Origin: Planctomycetota bacterium | GTDB taxonomy: Bacteria > Planctomycetota > UBA8108 > UBA1146 | NCBI GenBank assembly: GCA_028825265.1 | Contig: JAPKAM010000005.1 | Location: forward strand, 1-63,672 | Length of the DNA stretch: 63,672 nucleotides | Reading direction: 5' to 3' | Shown: piece by piece, positions 37,913 to 47,062 of the stretch | How positions within the stretch are numbered: the first letter of the stretch is position 1 | Layout: each line of letters opens with the position of its first letter | Position numbers and translations under genes: made by a program | The notes under the pieces: model-generated | Seen by the model: the letters and a program-made list of their open reading frames with translations, nothing else | Database searches by the model: none | What the model was told of the DNA's origin: nothing

Positions 37913-39306
37913 GGTCTGTCCAGTGGCTTCTGCTGGTCGTGCTGATCTTCACCACCGTGGAGTTACTGGCAGTGGAAGAGGACCCCCCCCCCAACATCTT
38001 GTGGATCGTCTCCGATGACCAACGTGCCGACACCATCGCTGCACTGGGTAATGCGACCATCAAAACACCCACGCTAGATCGACTGGTCCGACAAGGAATC
38101 AGTTTTCAGCACGCTTACTGTATGGGGTCGACCAGCGTAGCGGTCTGTGCACCGAGTCGGTACATGATGATGACCGGTAGATCTCTGCATCGCTTACCCG
38201 GAAACATCTACAACATTCCGGTAGATGAAGTGACGCTTCCGCAAAAGTTGAGGCAAGGGGGCTGGAAGACCTTCTTCACCGGCAAGTGGCATAGCGGAAA
38301 AGCAGCCTTTGCACGCTCATTTAGCGACGGAGGGGAGATCTTTTTTGGTGGAATGGGAAGCCATACCCGCCTACAGGTTCATGACTATCAACCCGATGGG
38401 AAGTACTCAGATGAGGATCGCCATCCGCTCCCCGGATTCTCATCGACGACCTTCGCAGATGCGGCGATCAAGTTCATCGAAGAGCAAGAAAGTTCCTCGG
38501 ATGAAACTCCATTTCTCGCCTGTGTCTTCTTCACTGCACCGCACGATCCGAGAACTCCTCCACAGAAGTTCCAGCAGATGTATCCGCCATCCCGGATGAA
38601 GTTGCCGACCAACTTCCTGCCAGCGCATCCTTTTGACAATGGAGAGTTGAGGGTGCGAGATGAGAAACTGGCGCCATTTCCTCGCACTCCTCAGGTGGTG
38701 AAAGAGCATCTCGGTCTGTATTACGGAATGATTTCACAGATGGACGAACAGATCGGGAGAGTGCTCGATGCTCTGGAGAAGAGTGGGCTTGCGAAGAACA
38801 CCTTGGTGATTTTCACATCGGATCATGGACTGGCGGTGGGAAGTCATGGGCTTCTTGGAAAGCAAAATCTGTACGAGCATTCGATGAGAGTACCGATGGT
38901 GATCCAGGGACCAGGAATCGAAGCGGGTCGTGAGAGCGACCAACCGATTTACCTGCACGATCTGGTCGCCACCATCTCTGAGGCGGCAGGAATTGACCCT
39001 CCGGAGTCTTCGGAAGGGCGCAGTTTTCTGGGCACGATTCTTGGCCACCCGAAAGAGGCTCGAAAGCAGATCTACACCGCATACAAGGGGGTGCAGCGAG
39101 CCATCCGTCACCACAACTGGAAGCTGATTCGGTATCCTGCTGTCGATCGAACTCAACTATTTGATCTGGACCAGGATCCGTACGAGACCACCGATCTCTC
39201 AGGAGCTGAAGAACATCAGGGCAAACTGAGGGATCTGTTGGATCGGTTGCATCAGCAAAGAAAAAAGAACTCCGATCCACTCCTCAAAGATGCCGAGTCC
39301 CGTTGA
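37909..39306 (+). CDS. Sulfatase (formylglycine-dependent)
   Basis: PNILWIVSDDQR, CAPSR (CxPxR), GKWH, FTSDHG, GKQNLYE. Confidence 0.95.
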   Translation: MRSVQWLLLVVLIFTTVELLAVEEDPPPNILWIVSDDQRADTIAALGNATIKTPTLDRLVRQGISFQHAYCMGSTSVAVCAPSRYMMMTGRSLHRLPGNIYNIPVDEVTLPQKLRQGGWKTFFTGKWHSGKAAFARSFSDGGEIFFGGMGSHTRLQVHDYQPDGKYSDEDRHPLPGFSSTTFADAAIKFIEEQESSSDETPFLACVFFTAPHDPRTPPQKFQQMYPPSRMKLPTNFLPAHPFDNGELRVRDEKLAPFPRTPQVVKEHLGLYYGMISQMDEQIGRVLDALEKSGLAKNTLVIFTSDHGLAVGSHGLLGKQNLYEHSMRVPMVIQGPGIEAGRESDQPIYLHDLVATISEAAGIDPPESSEGRSFLGTILGHPKEARKQIYTAYKGVQRAIRHHNWKLIRYPAVDRTQLFDLDQDPYETTDLSGAEEHQGKLRDLLDRLHQQRKKNSDPLLKDAESR

Positions 39307-39370
39307 TCATGAGATCGGATGCTGGCAACATCTCCGATTCACTCAAGACCGGAAAGGGAGTCCCTTGGCA

Positions 39371-40555
39371 ATGATCGAACTGGACAAGAGAGCCGCCCGC
39401 TTGGCACAGCGAGGGCACCCCTGGCTCTACCGTGATGACCTCAAAAAATCTGATCTGGAAGACTCCGAATACTCGACCGGCGCCATTGTGCGGGTGCTCG
39501 ATCCGGAAGGTCGCGATCTCGGGATTGCATTTGCCTCTACACGTTCAAAGATCGCATTGCGATTGTGTGGCTCCTGGGCAGGGGAAGATTCACCGGGCCT
39601 CGAGGAGTTTCTGGTCGATCGGATCGAGCGCGCCATCCGATTACGGGAAGGGATGGCGCCGGCGGATGGAGGGGTCCGGCTGGTTCATGGTGAGTCCGAT
39701 CTGATTCCAGGACTGGTGGTGGATCGCTATGCGGATGTGCTGGTCTTACAGGCCACCACTGCACTGATCGATAGCGCCCTGCCACTGGTGACCAAGATAC
39801 TATCGGACCTGCTTTCTCCCCGCATGATCCTGGCACGCAACGACCAGGCCGTGAGGCGACTGGAAAAACTCCCCGAAGAGGTGGTACTGCTGGCCGGTGA
39901 GTCAGTTGAACGAGTGGTCATCGAGGAGAATGGTATCCACCACATCGTGAGGCCGTATGCAGGGCACAAGACCGGGATGTATCTCGACCAACAACCCGCA
40001 AGGCAACGTGTCAAGGAACTCGCATCCGCAGCCAAGGTGCTCGACCTGTTTAGTTACCAGGGCGGGTTTTCAATGGCCGCATTGGGCGGTGGCGCGACCT
40101 CGGTTCAGATGGTGGATCAATCGAAAGTCGCATTGGAACTGGCCAAAGAGACCGCACTCCTGAACCACTTTGAAGTTCCGGAGATGATCCGTGGCAATGT
40201 ATTTGATGTGATTCGAGACCTGAGAAATGAACAACAGTTCTATGATCTAGTGGTGCTGGACCCTCCAGCTTTCTGCAAGAGTCGTCGTGAAGTCGAGGGA
40301 GGAATTCGAGGGTACCGCGATCTGAATCGTGGAGCTCTCAGGCTACTGGCGCCAGGTGGACGGCTGGTGACCTGCTCCTGCAGTCACCATCTGAAGTCGG
40401 AGCTGTTCGAGGAGACGATTCGTCAGGCAGCCCTCGATTTGCCATTCAGGGTCTTCGTCGAGGAGCGAATGGGAAGTGGTCGAGACCATCCTGCACTGCT
40501 CAGATTGCCAGAAACGGAGTATCTGAAGGTGAGGATCTTGCGACGCTGGGACTGA
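39371..40555 (+). CDS. Class I SAM-dependent rRNA methyltransferase (RlmI-like)
   Basis: GHPWLY, HGESDLIPGLVVDRY, GHKTGMYLDQ, VLDLFSYQGGF, LDPPAF, TCSCS, ETEYLK. Confidence 0.9.
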   Translation: MIELDKRAARLAQRGHPWLYRDDLKKSDLEDSEYSTGAIVRVLDPEGRDLGIAFASTRSKIALRLCGSWAGEDSPGLEEFLVDRIERAIRLREGMAPADGGVRLVHGESDLIPGLVVDRYADVLVLQATTALIDSALPLVTKILSDLLSPRMILARNDQAVRRLEKLPEEVVLLAGESVERVVIEENGIHHIVRPYAGHKTGMYLDQQPARQRVKELASAAKVLDLFSYQGGFSMAALGGGATSVQMVDQSKVALELAKETALLNHFEVPEMIRGNVFDVIRDLRNEQQFYDLVVLDPPAFCKSRREVEGGIRGYRDLNRGALRLLAPGGRLVTCSCSHHLKSELFEETIRQAALDLPFRVFVEERMGSGRDHPALLRLPETEYLKVRILRRWD

Positions 40556-40615
40556 CCGGGAGAACCGATTACCATGAATGTGTGATCGGCACTTTATTGC
40601 CAGAACCCGGTTCGG

Positions 40616-42181
40616 TTGTGGCTGCCGCAGGATTTGCCCGAAGTGGAACGGAGCATCCGATGGTCAGGGGGTTCATTGAATGAAGCAACCCGCATCATCG
40701 GTCGGTCCCGCAGTTCGGACCTCGTGATTCCCTCGGCTAGAGTTTCACGTCGCCACTGTTCCCTGATTCCCTCGGGAGATGGTTATGTCCTACAAGATCA
40801 TGACTCTCGCAATGGAATCTGGGTCGAGGGGAAAAGGGTAAAATCCTCCTATCTGAAGAAGGGTGATCGTTTCGCCGTCGGTAGTTTCCGCGTTCGTATC
40901 TGTCGGGACGGCACCTTGGAACTGGAAGGCAAGGTCGATCCGAAGCAGATGATGTTGCGCGAGAAAATCCGTCATGACATTCCGGCGATCATTTCTATCT
41001 TGGTCTGCGTGGCGATCGTCCTGGGCATTTACCTGGCCCAAGAAGAGGTATCAGCACCAAAGAAGTGGCTGAAAGAACCGGTCCTTGCCGATCCGATGCC
41101 CCTCTGGACCCCATCGCAAGAGGATGGTCCCCAACTAGCGCAAGGCGAAGTTCGCGATGGGGATACTGAGGCAGGCAAGCAACCAGGTACCGATGGAGTC
41201 GCCGAGTTCGAATCCGCGGACGAGACGATGGGTTCGCCGGAATGGGTCACCACCTCGGGTCGGATCTGGACTCTGGATGAGCTGCTTGTACTGGCAGAAG
41301 CCATCGATGGGACGGACCGAACAACGGCGGAGTCTGACGCCACTGGCGAGTCTCCGGACCCTGCGAAGGTCACCGAGGTGGGCCAGTTGGAGTGGCCTCC
41401 GGCAGGGAATTCATCAGCGGATTCATCAGAGAATGCATGGGCGGAAGTGGAGCGCCTCAGGCGCGACAAGCGAACTCGCCGAAGGCGTGGACACCTCCCG
41501 ACCGCGGTGGGAAGTGGTGCGGCGCAAGCGACGACTTCGAATACCGCGGTGGTCCCATCGATGAGTTCTCCGGAGTGGCTCGAACTGGGGCGCGCGGCAT
41601 TGGGCTCGTATCACCTGCCCGAACGGGTGCTTCCCGACTTTAGCCTGGCCATCGAGTCGCTCGGTGAAATCGGAACCGAGGAGTCGTGGCAGAATCTCAA
41701 TCTTCTGAGGATCGAGGCGAAGACCCTTCTTCGATCGGTGGCTTCGAGGGCGAAACAGATCGGAAAGATGTACGGTCATCTCGATCGAAATCCTGACGCT
41801 CCACTCTCCGGACAGGATCGCCGAGAGGCAGAATTGGCCCTCAACCTGCTCGTTCTGATTCAAGAGCAGATGGAAGTTTTGCTCGATGCACGAGATCTGG
41901 CCTTTATTGAACTGACACACCCGGAACAGCCGGATCGGCTGGGATTTGCCCTTTCTGTGGCGATGGAGGACAAAGACGACGAACTGCTCGACCTGGTGCT
42001 GGAGCAGATGCACTCCAGTAATGCCGAACAATTGATCCCTGCGCTGATAAAAGGATTGAAAGTTCCCGCTGCAACCAGGAAATTGAAGGTACAGGCGACT
42101 CTTCAGCAGATCACCGGACAGAGTTTTCGGTCCGGATCTGAATGGGAGAACTGGTGGAGAAACAAGGAAGGAAGTCGATGA
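40616..42181 (+). CDS. FHA-domain membrane protein with extracytoplasmic helical (HEAT-like) C-terminus
   Basis: IIGRS...VSRRHC...D..SRNGIWV FHA motif, one TM helix, C-terminal LQQITGQ..W..WW; start uncertain. Confidence 0.8.
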   Translation: MWLPQDLPEVERSIRWSGGSLNEATRIIGRSRSSDLVIPSARVSRRHCSLIPSGDGYVLQDHDSRNGIWVEGKRVKSSYLKKGDRFAVGSFRVRICRDGTLELEGKVDPKQMMLREKIRHDIPAIISILVCVAIVLGIYLAQEEVSAPKKWLKEPVLADPMPLWTPSQEDGPQLAQGEVRDGDTEAGKQPGTDGVAEFESADETMGSPEWVTTSGRIWTLDELLVLAEAIDGTDRTTAESDATGESPDPAKVTEVGQLEWPPAGNSSADSSENAWAEVERLRRDKRTRRRRGHLPTAVGSGAAQATTSNTAVVPSMSSPEWLELGRAALGSYHLPERVLPDFSLAIESLGEIGTEESWQNLNLLRIEAKTLLRSVASRAKQIGKMYGHLDRNPDAPLSGQDRREAELALNLLVLIQEQMEVLLDARDLAFIELTHPEQPDRLGFALSVAMEDKDDELLDLVLEQMHSSNAEQLIPALIKGLKVPAATRKLKVQATLQQITGQSFRSGSEWENWWRNKEGSR

Positions 42182-43161
42182 TGATTCCTGATTCATTCAA
42201 ACGATTGAGTCTCATTCTGTCTGGCACGCTGGTGCTCAGTTTTAGTGGTGATCTGGCAGCCGGGGATGGCGACGACACTCGGATCACTCCTCGATCGGTT
42301 CCGAAACTGACGGGGACCGAGGTGGCCAAGCGGGTGGACCTGATGCTGTCTGGGGTCACCTGGCATGGCAACTTCGACGATGCGATGGCCAGCGCCGTGG
42401 AACAGGGTAAGCCACTCTTCTGGCTCCAGATGGTCGGAAAAATCGACGGCGGTTTGTGAAGCGCTGGGCATTCATTGAGAGCCGTGACGCTCTCAGAACC
42501 AAAAGTGATCGAAGTACTGAAAGATCAGTTCGTTTGCGGTTGGAGAAACATCAAGGGTCAAGAATCCTACGCAGGAAAGTCCCATGACCATCCAGTAGAG
42601 AGCACTGCACTTCAAACCAGTAACGGTGCCGGGGGACGCAATGTGCAGATGCTCTTCATCTCCCCTTCGGGGAATGTACTGCACTGTTTGCCAGGATACT
42701 GGGATCCGGATGGAATGATGCACGAGATCAAGTTCATCCTCGAACTGGCCAAACTGGAAGGCTCTGATCTGCCTCTGCTGGAAAAGAGAGACCAGTTCCA
42801 GCTTTCGCATTTAAATCATGCCGCCAACCATTCGGAGCAGATGGTTGCTGATTCACATCTGCAAGGCTTTGACAAGATGCGAGAAGACCAGGTCCAAGGC
42901 AGCGATTTCCGCCGGAAGACCGATGGAGATGTGATACGCACCGTCGATCAGGTGATGCATGAGCGAATGGCCCGTCGACCGATGATCTCGATCGAACAGT
43001 TCGATATCGGAACAGTGGTCGATTACGGCACTCGTTTTTATGATAAGGGCGGAGACGGTTGTTGCGATCTCGACAAGGGCAAGCCGACGGCTCCCAAGCG
43101 CATGAAGCCACCGGCCGGTGGCTACAAGAAATCAGGTGGCTGGAAGAAATCTGGCAGATGA
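42178..43161 (+). CDS. Exported thioredoxin-fold, Selenoprotein-N-like protein, predicted selenoprotein (TGA 42457-42459 = Sec94)
   Basis: ORFs 42142-42459 and 42475-43161 share a frame and are separated only by one TGA; joined sequence W...A...GKPLFW...GKIDGGL-U-SAGHSLR.VTLS...V...L...FVCGW is a continuous Trx-like fold; SECIS-like hairpin follows; ATGA overlaps at both ends. Confidence 0.82.
42471..42498 (+). promoter_or_regulatory. Putative bacterial SECIS element
   Basis: Stem TGAGAGC (42476-42482)/GCTCTCA (42489-42495), loop CGTGAC with G at position 2; loop starts 23 nt after the UGA; TTC/GAA extension. Confidence 0.72.
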
Positions 43162-43787
43162 GTCTCGGGATGGAAGCCCTCGCATCGATGCCGGGGGCTT
43201 CCATCCGATACATCCCTGATTTCCTCGACGATCGTGATCAGCAGCGCATTCACCAACAACTTCGCCAACAGATGCAATGGAGCCAGCAACACATCACTGT
43301 GTTTGGCAAACGGCATCTGATTCCACGCCTCGAAGCATGGCACGGCGATCGTGGTGCTTTCTACCGCTATTCAGGAACGGATCACTCTCCTCATCCTTGG
43401 ACTGCCGCTCTCGACCAAATTCGAAACCGGCTGAAGAGTTTTCGCGAGGATCTGCAGTTCAATTCAGTGCTGGGCAACTGTTATCGAAACGGTGAAGATG
43501 CGATGGGATGGCACAGTGATGACGAGCCGGAACTGGGCCCGGATCCGTGCATCGCATCCATCAGTCTCGGCGCCCCTCGAGATTTCCGCATGAAGCATCG
43601 AACTAGAAAAGAACTCGATCCGGTCAAGATTTCACTTCAGCCCGGCTCGCTGTTGATCATGGAAGGGGAAACCCAGCAACACTGGCTCCATTCGATTCCT
43701 CGACGCCGGGGAAGAAATGCCGTTGCAGAGCGAATCAACCTGACCTTTAGAAACATCCTGACCTTCAGAAACATCGAGGAGATCTAG
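43158..43787 (+). CDS. Alpha-ketoglutarate-dependent dioxygenase, AlkB family (ALKBH2/3-like)
   Basis: PRL.AW, FNSVLGNCYRNG.D.MGWHSDDE, HWLHSIP, RINLTFR. Confidence 0.93.
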   Translation: MSLGMEALASMPGASIRYIPDFLDDRDQQRIHQQLRQQMQWSQQHITVFGKRHLIPRLEAWHGDRGAFYRYSGTDHSPHPWTAALDQIRNRLKSFREDLQFNSVLGNCYRNGEDAMGWHSDDEPELGPDPCIASISLGAPRDFRMKHRTRKELDPVKISLQPGSLLIMEGETQQHWLHSIPRRRGRNAVAERINLTFRNILTFRNIEEI

Positions 43788-44704
43788 GGAGCCGGGATGG
43801 AGGTCGCTTCGAGGGCTCTCATGAAATCCTCGGGAGGACCCACCTGGAACGAAAGCTCTTGCTGGCTGATGGGGTGATGGAATGCGATGGTTTCGGCGTG
43901 AAGTGCGGGTCGATCGATCCAGGGTGAGGAAACGCCATACCGGGTGTCCCCGATGATGGGCAATCCAATACTCGCCAGGTGGACTCGGATCTGATTCCTG
44001 CGTCCGGTTTCAAGGCGTGCTTCGATCAGCTGGTGGTCTCCCTGGACATGAAGTTTCTTCCATCGCGTGATCGCTTCAATACCGTCGTCATCTTTGTGCG
44101 AAATACGCATCTTCAAGGTACGAGGATCTTCGGACAGAGATTTGGTGACGATCCCTTCAGAAAAACTCGATTTGCCCTGACTGATGGCGAGATATCGACG
44201 CTCCATCTTGCGACTCTTCAGTTGTCGTCGAAGTCCCTCTCGAGCATCGGGTGTTCGTGCAATCGCGATCACGCCGCTGGTGCCTCGGTCGAGACGTTGA
44301 ACGACAAAGAGCGCCGGGCGCTTTTCTCCTTCTTTTCGTAGTTTCCTGGAGATCTCGCCGAGCAAGCAGATTTCTCTTTCGTCTTCATCGGTCGGAACGG
44401 TGAGTAATCCCGCCGGCTTGTTCACCACGATCACATGACGATCTTTATGCAGAACTTCCAGCCCCTTGGAGAGTAACTGTCGCTGTGCGGTGCGTAGTTT
44501 CATCGGCTCCGGGTTGGCTTCGATGGCATCGCCGGCACTGAGGCGAAATCCGGGATCCATCACCACATGGCCGGCAACCTTGACACCTCCGCGGCGGATG
44601 ATGTCCTTGGCGCGTCGATGTGGGATCTCCATCTGGGAGTGGATTTCAGCCTGCAAGGCGCGGCCCGCCTGCTGAACTTGCCAGTTTTTTGTATTTTGGT
44701 TCAA
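43784..44704 (-). CDS. RluA-family pseudouridine synthase with S4 domain
   Basis: VVNKPAGL, QRLDRGTSG, LETGRRNQIRVH, PIIGDTRYG; GGAGG before TTG 44704. Confidence 0.92.
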   Translation of the reverse strand: MNQNTKNWQVQQAGRALQAEIHSQMEIPHRRAKDIIRRGGVKVAGHVVMDPGFRLSAGDAIEANPEPMKLRTAQRQLLSKGLEVLHKDRHVIVVNKPAGLLTVPTDEDEREICLLGEISRKLRKEGEKRPALFVVQRLDRGTSGVIAIARTPDAREGLRRQLKSRKMERRYLAISQGKSSFSEGIVTKSLSEDPRTLKMRISHKDDDGIEAITRWKKLHVQGDHQLIEARLETGRRNQIRVHLASIGLPIIGDTRYGVSSPWIDRPALHAETIAFHHPISQQELSFQVGPPEDFMRALEATSIPAP

Positions 44705-44989
44705 ACGACCTCCAGGCCGGAGATGCTGCATCTTCGATCGCTGGTTGTCCAGCGATGCTCGACCGGGAAGTGAATTGCTGGTAGCCTCTTCTGATCGACC
44801 GCTGTGTTCTGGTGGCCACGACCCCGCAGGAAGGGGACCGTTCAGGACCCGTACCGATGCAGTGTCGTCGAATTGTGGACCGATACAGGACACCCAGCCC
44901 ATCTCGGCCAGCCCTCGTGCTCCCCGGGATGCTGCTCAAATGGCCGTAACCCATCTCGGTTTTCGGTCGACAGATTGGTGGTGGACACG

Positions 44990-47062
44990 ATGTCCCCAGC
45001 GTTAAAAAAATCAAGATCCTCCGCTCGATCGTCCCAACCGATTGCCGCCGATCGCACCGCCTCAGAGAATCTCTATCTTCCGATGACGGTGGAGGAATGC
45101 ATTGCGAAACGGTGGCTTCCACAACCAGGAGAATCTCATGACCCCGCAAGTCATGGGATTGACTTCGTCCTCGTCACCGGCGACGCCTATGTCGATCATC
45201 CATCCTTTGCCAATGCAGTGATTGGTCGTCTGCTCGAAGCGCGCGGATATCGGGTCGCCATCCTGCCCCAACCGGACTGGCGATCGGTCGAGCCGTTCCG
45301 CAAGTTCGGGGCTCCACGCATCGCCTGGTTGGTTTCTGCAGGAAATCTCGATTCTCATCTCAACCATTACACCGCACACAAGAGACCTCGTTCCGATGAT
45401 CAGTACTCCCCTGGCGGTAAGGCGGGAATGCGACCAGACGGAGCGACCATCGTTTATTCACAACGGTGTCGTGAAGCTTTCCGTGATGTGCCCATCATCG
45501 CAGGGGGTGTCGAGGTGTCGATGAGAAGGATGACTCACGTCGATTACTGGGCTGAGAAGATCAAGAGATCTCTTATCCTCGATTCCAGGAGTGATATCGC
45601 CGTCTACGGTATGGGAGAAAAAGCACTGGTGACCATCGTTGAGAGACTCGAGAAGGGTGAGCCGATCGACTCGATTCGCGATGTTCCAGGCACGGCATAT
45701 GGCATCGGCAAACATGGGAGACCGCATTTCATCGACCGGTCCACGTGGCAAGAGGGAACACCCTGGTGGGATCAGCATTGCTGCGATCCGAAAGTCGCTC
45801 TGGAGTTGCCCTCTTTCGATGAGATCCGAGGAGATGATGAGCAGAGCAAGGAGCGATTTGCCCGTGCTCAGCACATTTTTCATCGAGAGCAGAATCCGGA
45901 TAGCGCTCCAATTCTGGTTCAGCGCCATGCCGATCACACGGTGATCGTCAATCGGCCGATGAAAGCCCTTTCTACCGTGGAACTCGATGCGATCTTCGCA
46001 CTTCCCTACACCAAGGAGCCACACCCGGCATATAAGGGCGAGAAGATACCCGCTCATGAGACGGTCAAGTTTTCCATCAACATCATGAGAGGTTGTTTCG
46101 GCGGCTGTACTTTCTGTGCCATCACCGAGCACCAGGGTCGAGCAGTGTCATCGAGAAGCGAAGAGAGTGTTCTCGAAGAGGTCGCTGCATTGAAGAAATT
46201 AGATGGCTACAAAGGTGTCATCAGTGACCTCGGTGGACCCACCGCCAACATGTACAAAATGCAGTGCACCCGACCCGAGATCGAAGCTCGTTGCCGCAGA
46301 CCATCATGCGTCCATCCGACGGTGTGTAAGTTGCTTGGAACGGACCATGGACCGGTGAAGAATCTGATGAAGAAGGTGCGGGAGTCCGATGGCGTCAAGA
46401 TGGTACATGTGGCATCCGGAGTGAGAATGGATCTGGCGAACCTCGACCAGGAATACATCGATGATCTTGCCGCACACCACGTGGGCGGGCACCTCAAGGT
46501 GGCTCCAGAGCATATCGATGAAGAGACTCTTCGTTTGATGAAGAAGCCTGGCATGGATACCTACATCGAGTTTGAAAAAAGATTCCAGCAAGCGAGTGAC
46601 CGTGCAGGCAAGGAGCAATACCTGGTGCCTTACTTCGTCTCGAGCCATCCGGGGTGTGAGCAAGATGCTGCGGTACGTGTTGCAGAGTTTCTTGAAGCAC
46701 GCCACCTCAAGCCGCAACAGGTTCAGGATTTCATTCCAACCCCTGGAACGCCTGCCACCTGTATGTGGTGGACGGGAATCGATCCGACCCGGATGAAGTC
46801 GGTCTTCGTCGAGAAGAAGATGAGGAACAAGCGAAAACAGCGGGCGATGCTGCAGTGGTGGAAGCCAGAAAATCGGCCACTGGTTCGAGAGATGCTTCGC
46901 GAGAGTGGCCGTGAAGATCTGATTGGGAATCACCCGGGAGCCCTGGTATCAACCCACGATGCAAAGGCGGGCACGGGTCAGGTTTCTCCGCGTAAGATCG
47001 GCCGAAAGCCGCAAAGTCGGCGATTGGGTCGGAGTTCCGGACGTGGCCAGCGACGTACCTAA
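44990..47062 (+). CDS. YgiQ (UPF0313) family radical SAM protein
   Basis: VTGDAYVDHPSF, RGCFGGCTFC (CxxxCxxC), DLGGPTANMY, LKVAPEH, QVQDFIPTP. Confidence 0.93.
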   Translation: MSPALKKSRSSARSSQPIAADRTASENLYLPMTVEECIAKRWLPQPGESHDPASHGIDFVLVTGDAYVDHPSFANAVIGRLLEARGYRVAILPQPDWRSVEPFRKFGAPRIAWLVSAGNLDSHLNHYTAHKRPRSDDQYSPGGKAGMRPDGATIVYSQRCREAFRDVPIIAGGVEVSMRRMTHVDYWAEKIKRSLILDSRSDIAVYGMGEKALVTIVERLEKGEPIDSIRDVPGTAYGIGKHGRPHFIDRSTWQEGTPWWDQHCCDPKVALELPSFDEIRGDDEQSKERFARAQHIFHREQNPDSAPILVQRHADHTVIVNRPMKALSTVELDAIFALPYTKEPHPAYKGEKIPAHETVKFSINIMRGCFGGCTFCAITEHQGRAVSSRSEESVLEEVAALKKLDGYKGVISDLGGPTANMYKMQCTRPEIEARCRRPSCVHPTVCKLLGTDHGPVKNLMKKVRESDGVKMVHVASGVRMDLANLDQEYIDDLAAHHVGGHLKVAPEHIDEETLRLMKKPGMDTYIEFEKRFQQASDRAGKEQYLVPYFVSSHPGCEQDAAVRVAEFLEARHLKPQQVQDFIPTPGTPATCMWWTGIDPTRMKSVFVEKKMRNKRKQRAMLQWWKPENRPLVREMLRESGREDLIGNHPGALVSTHDAKAGTGQVSPRKIGRKPQSRRLGRSSGRGQRRT

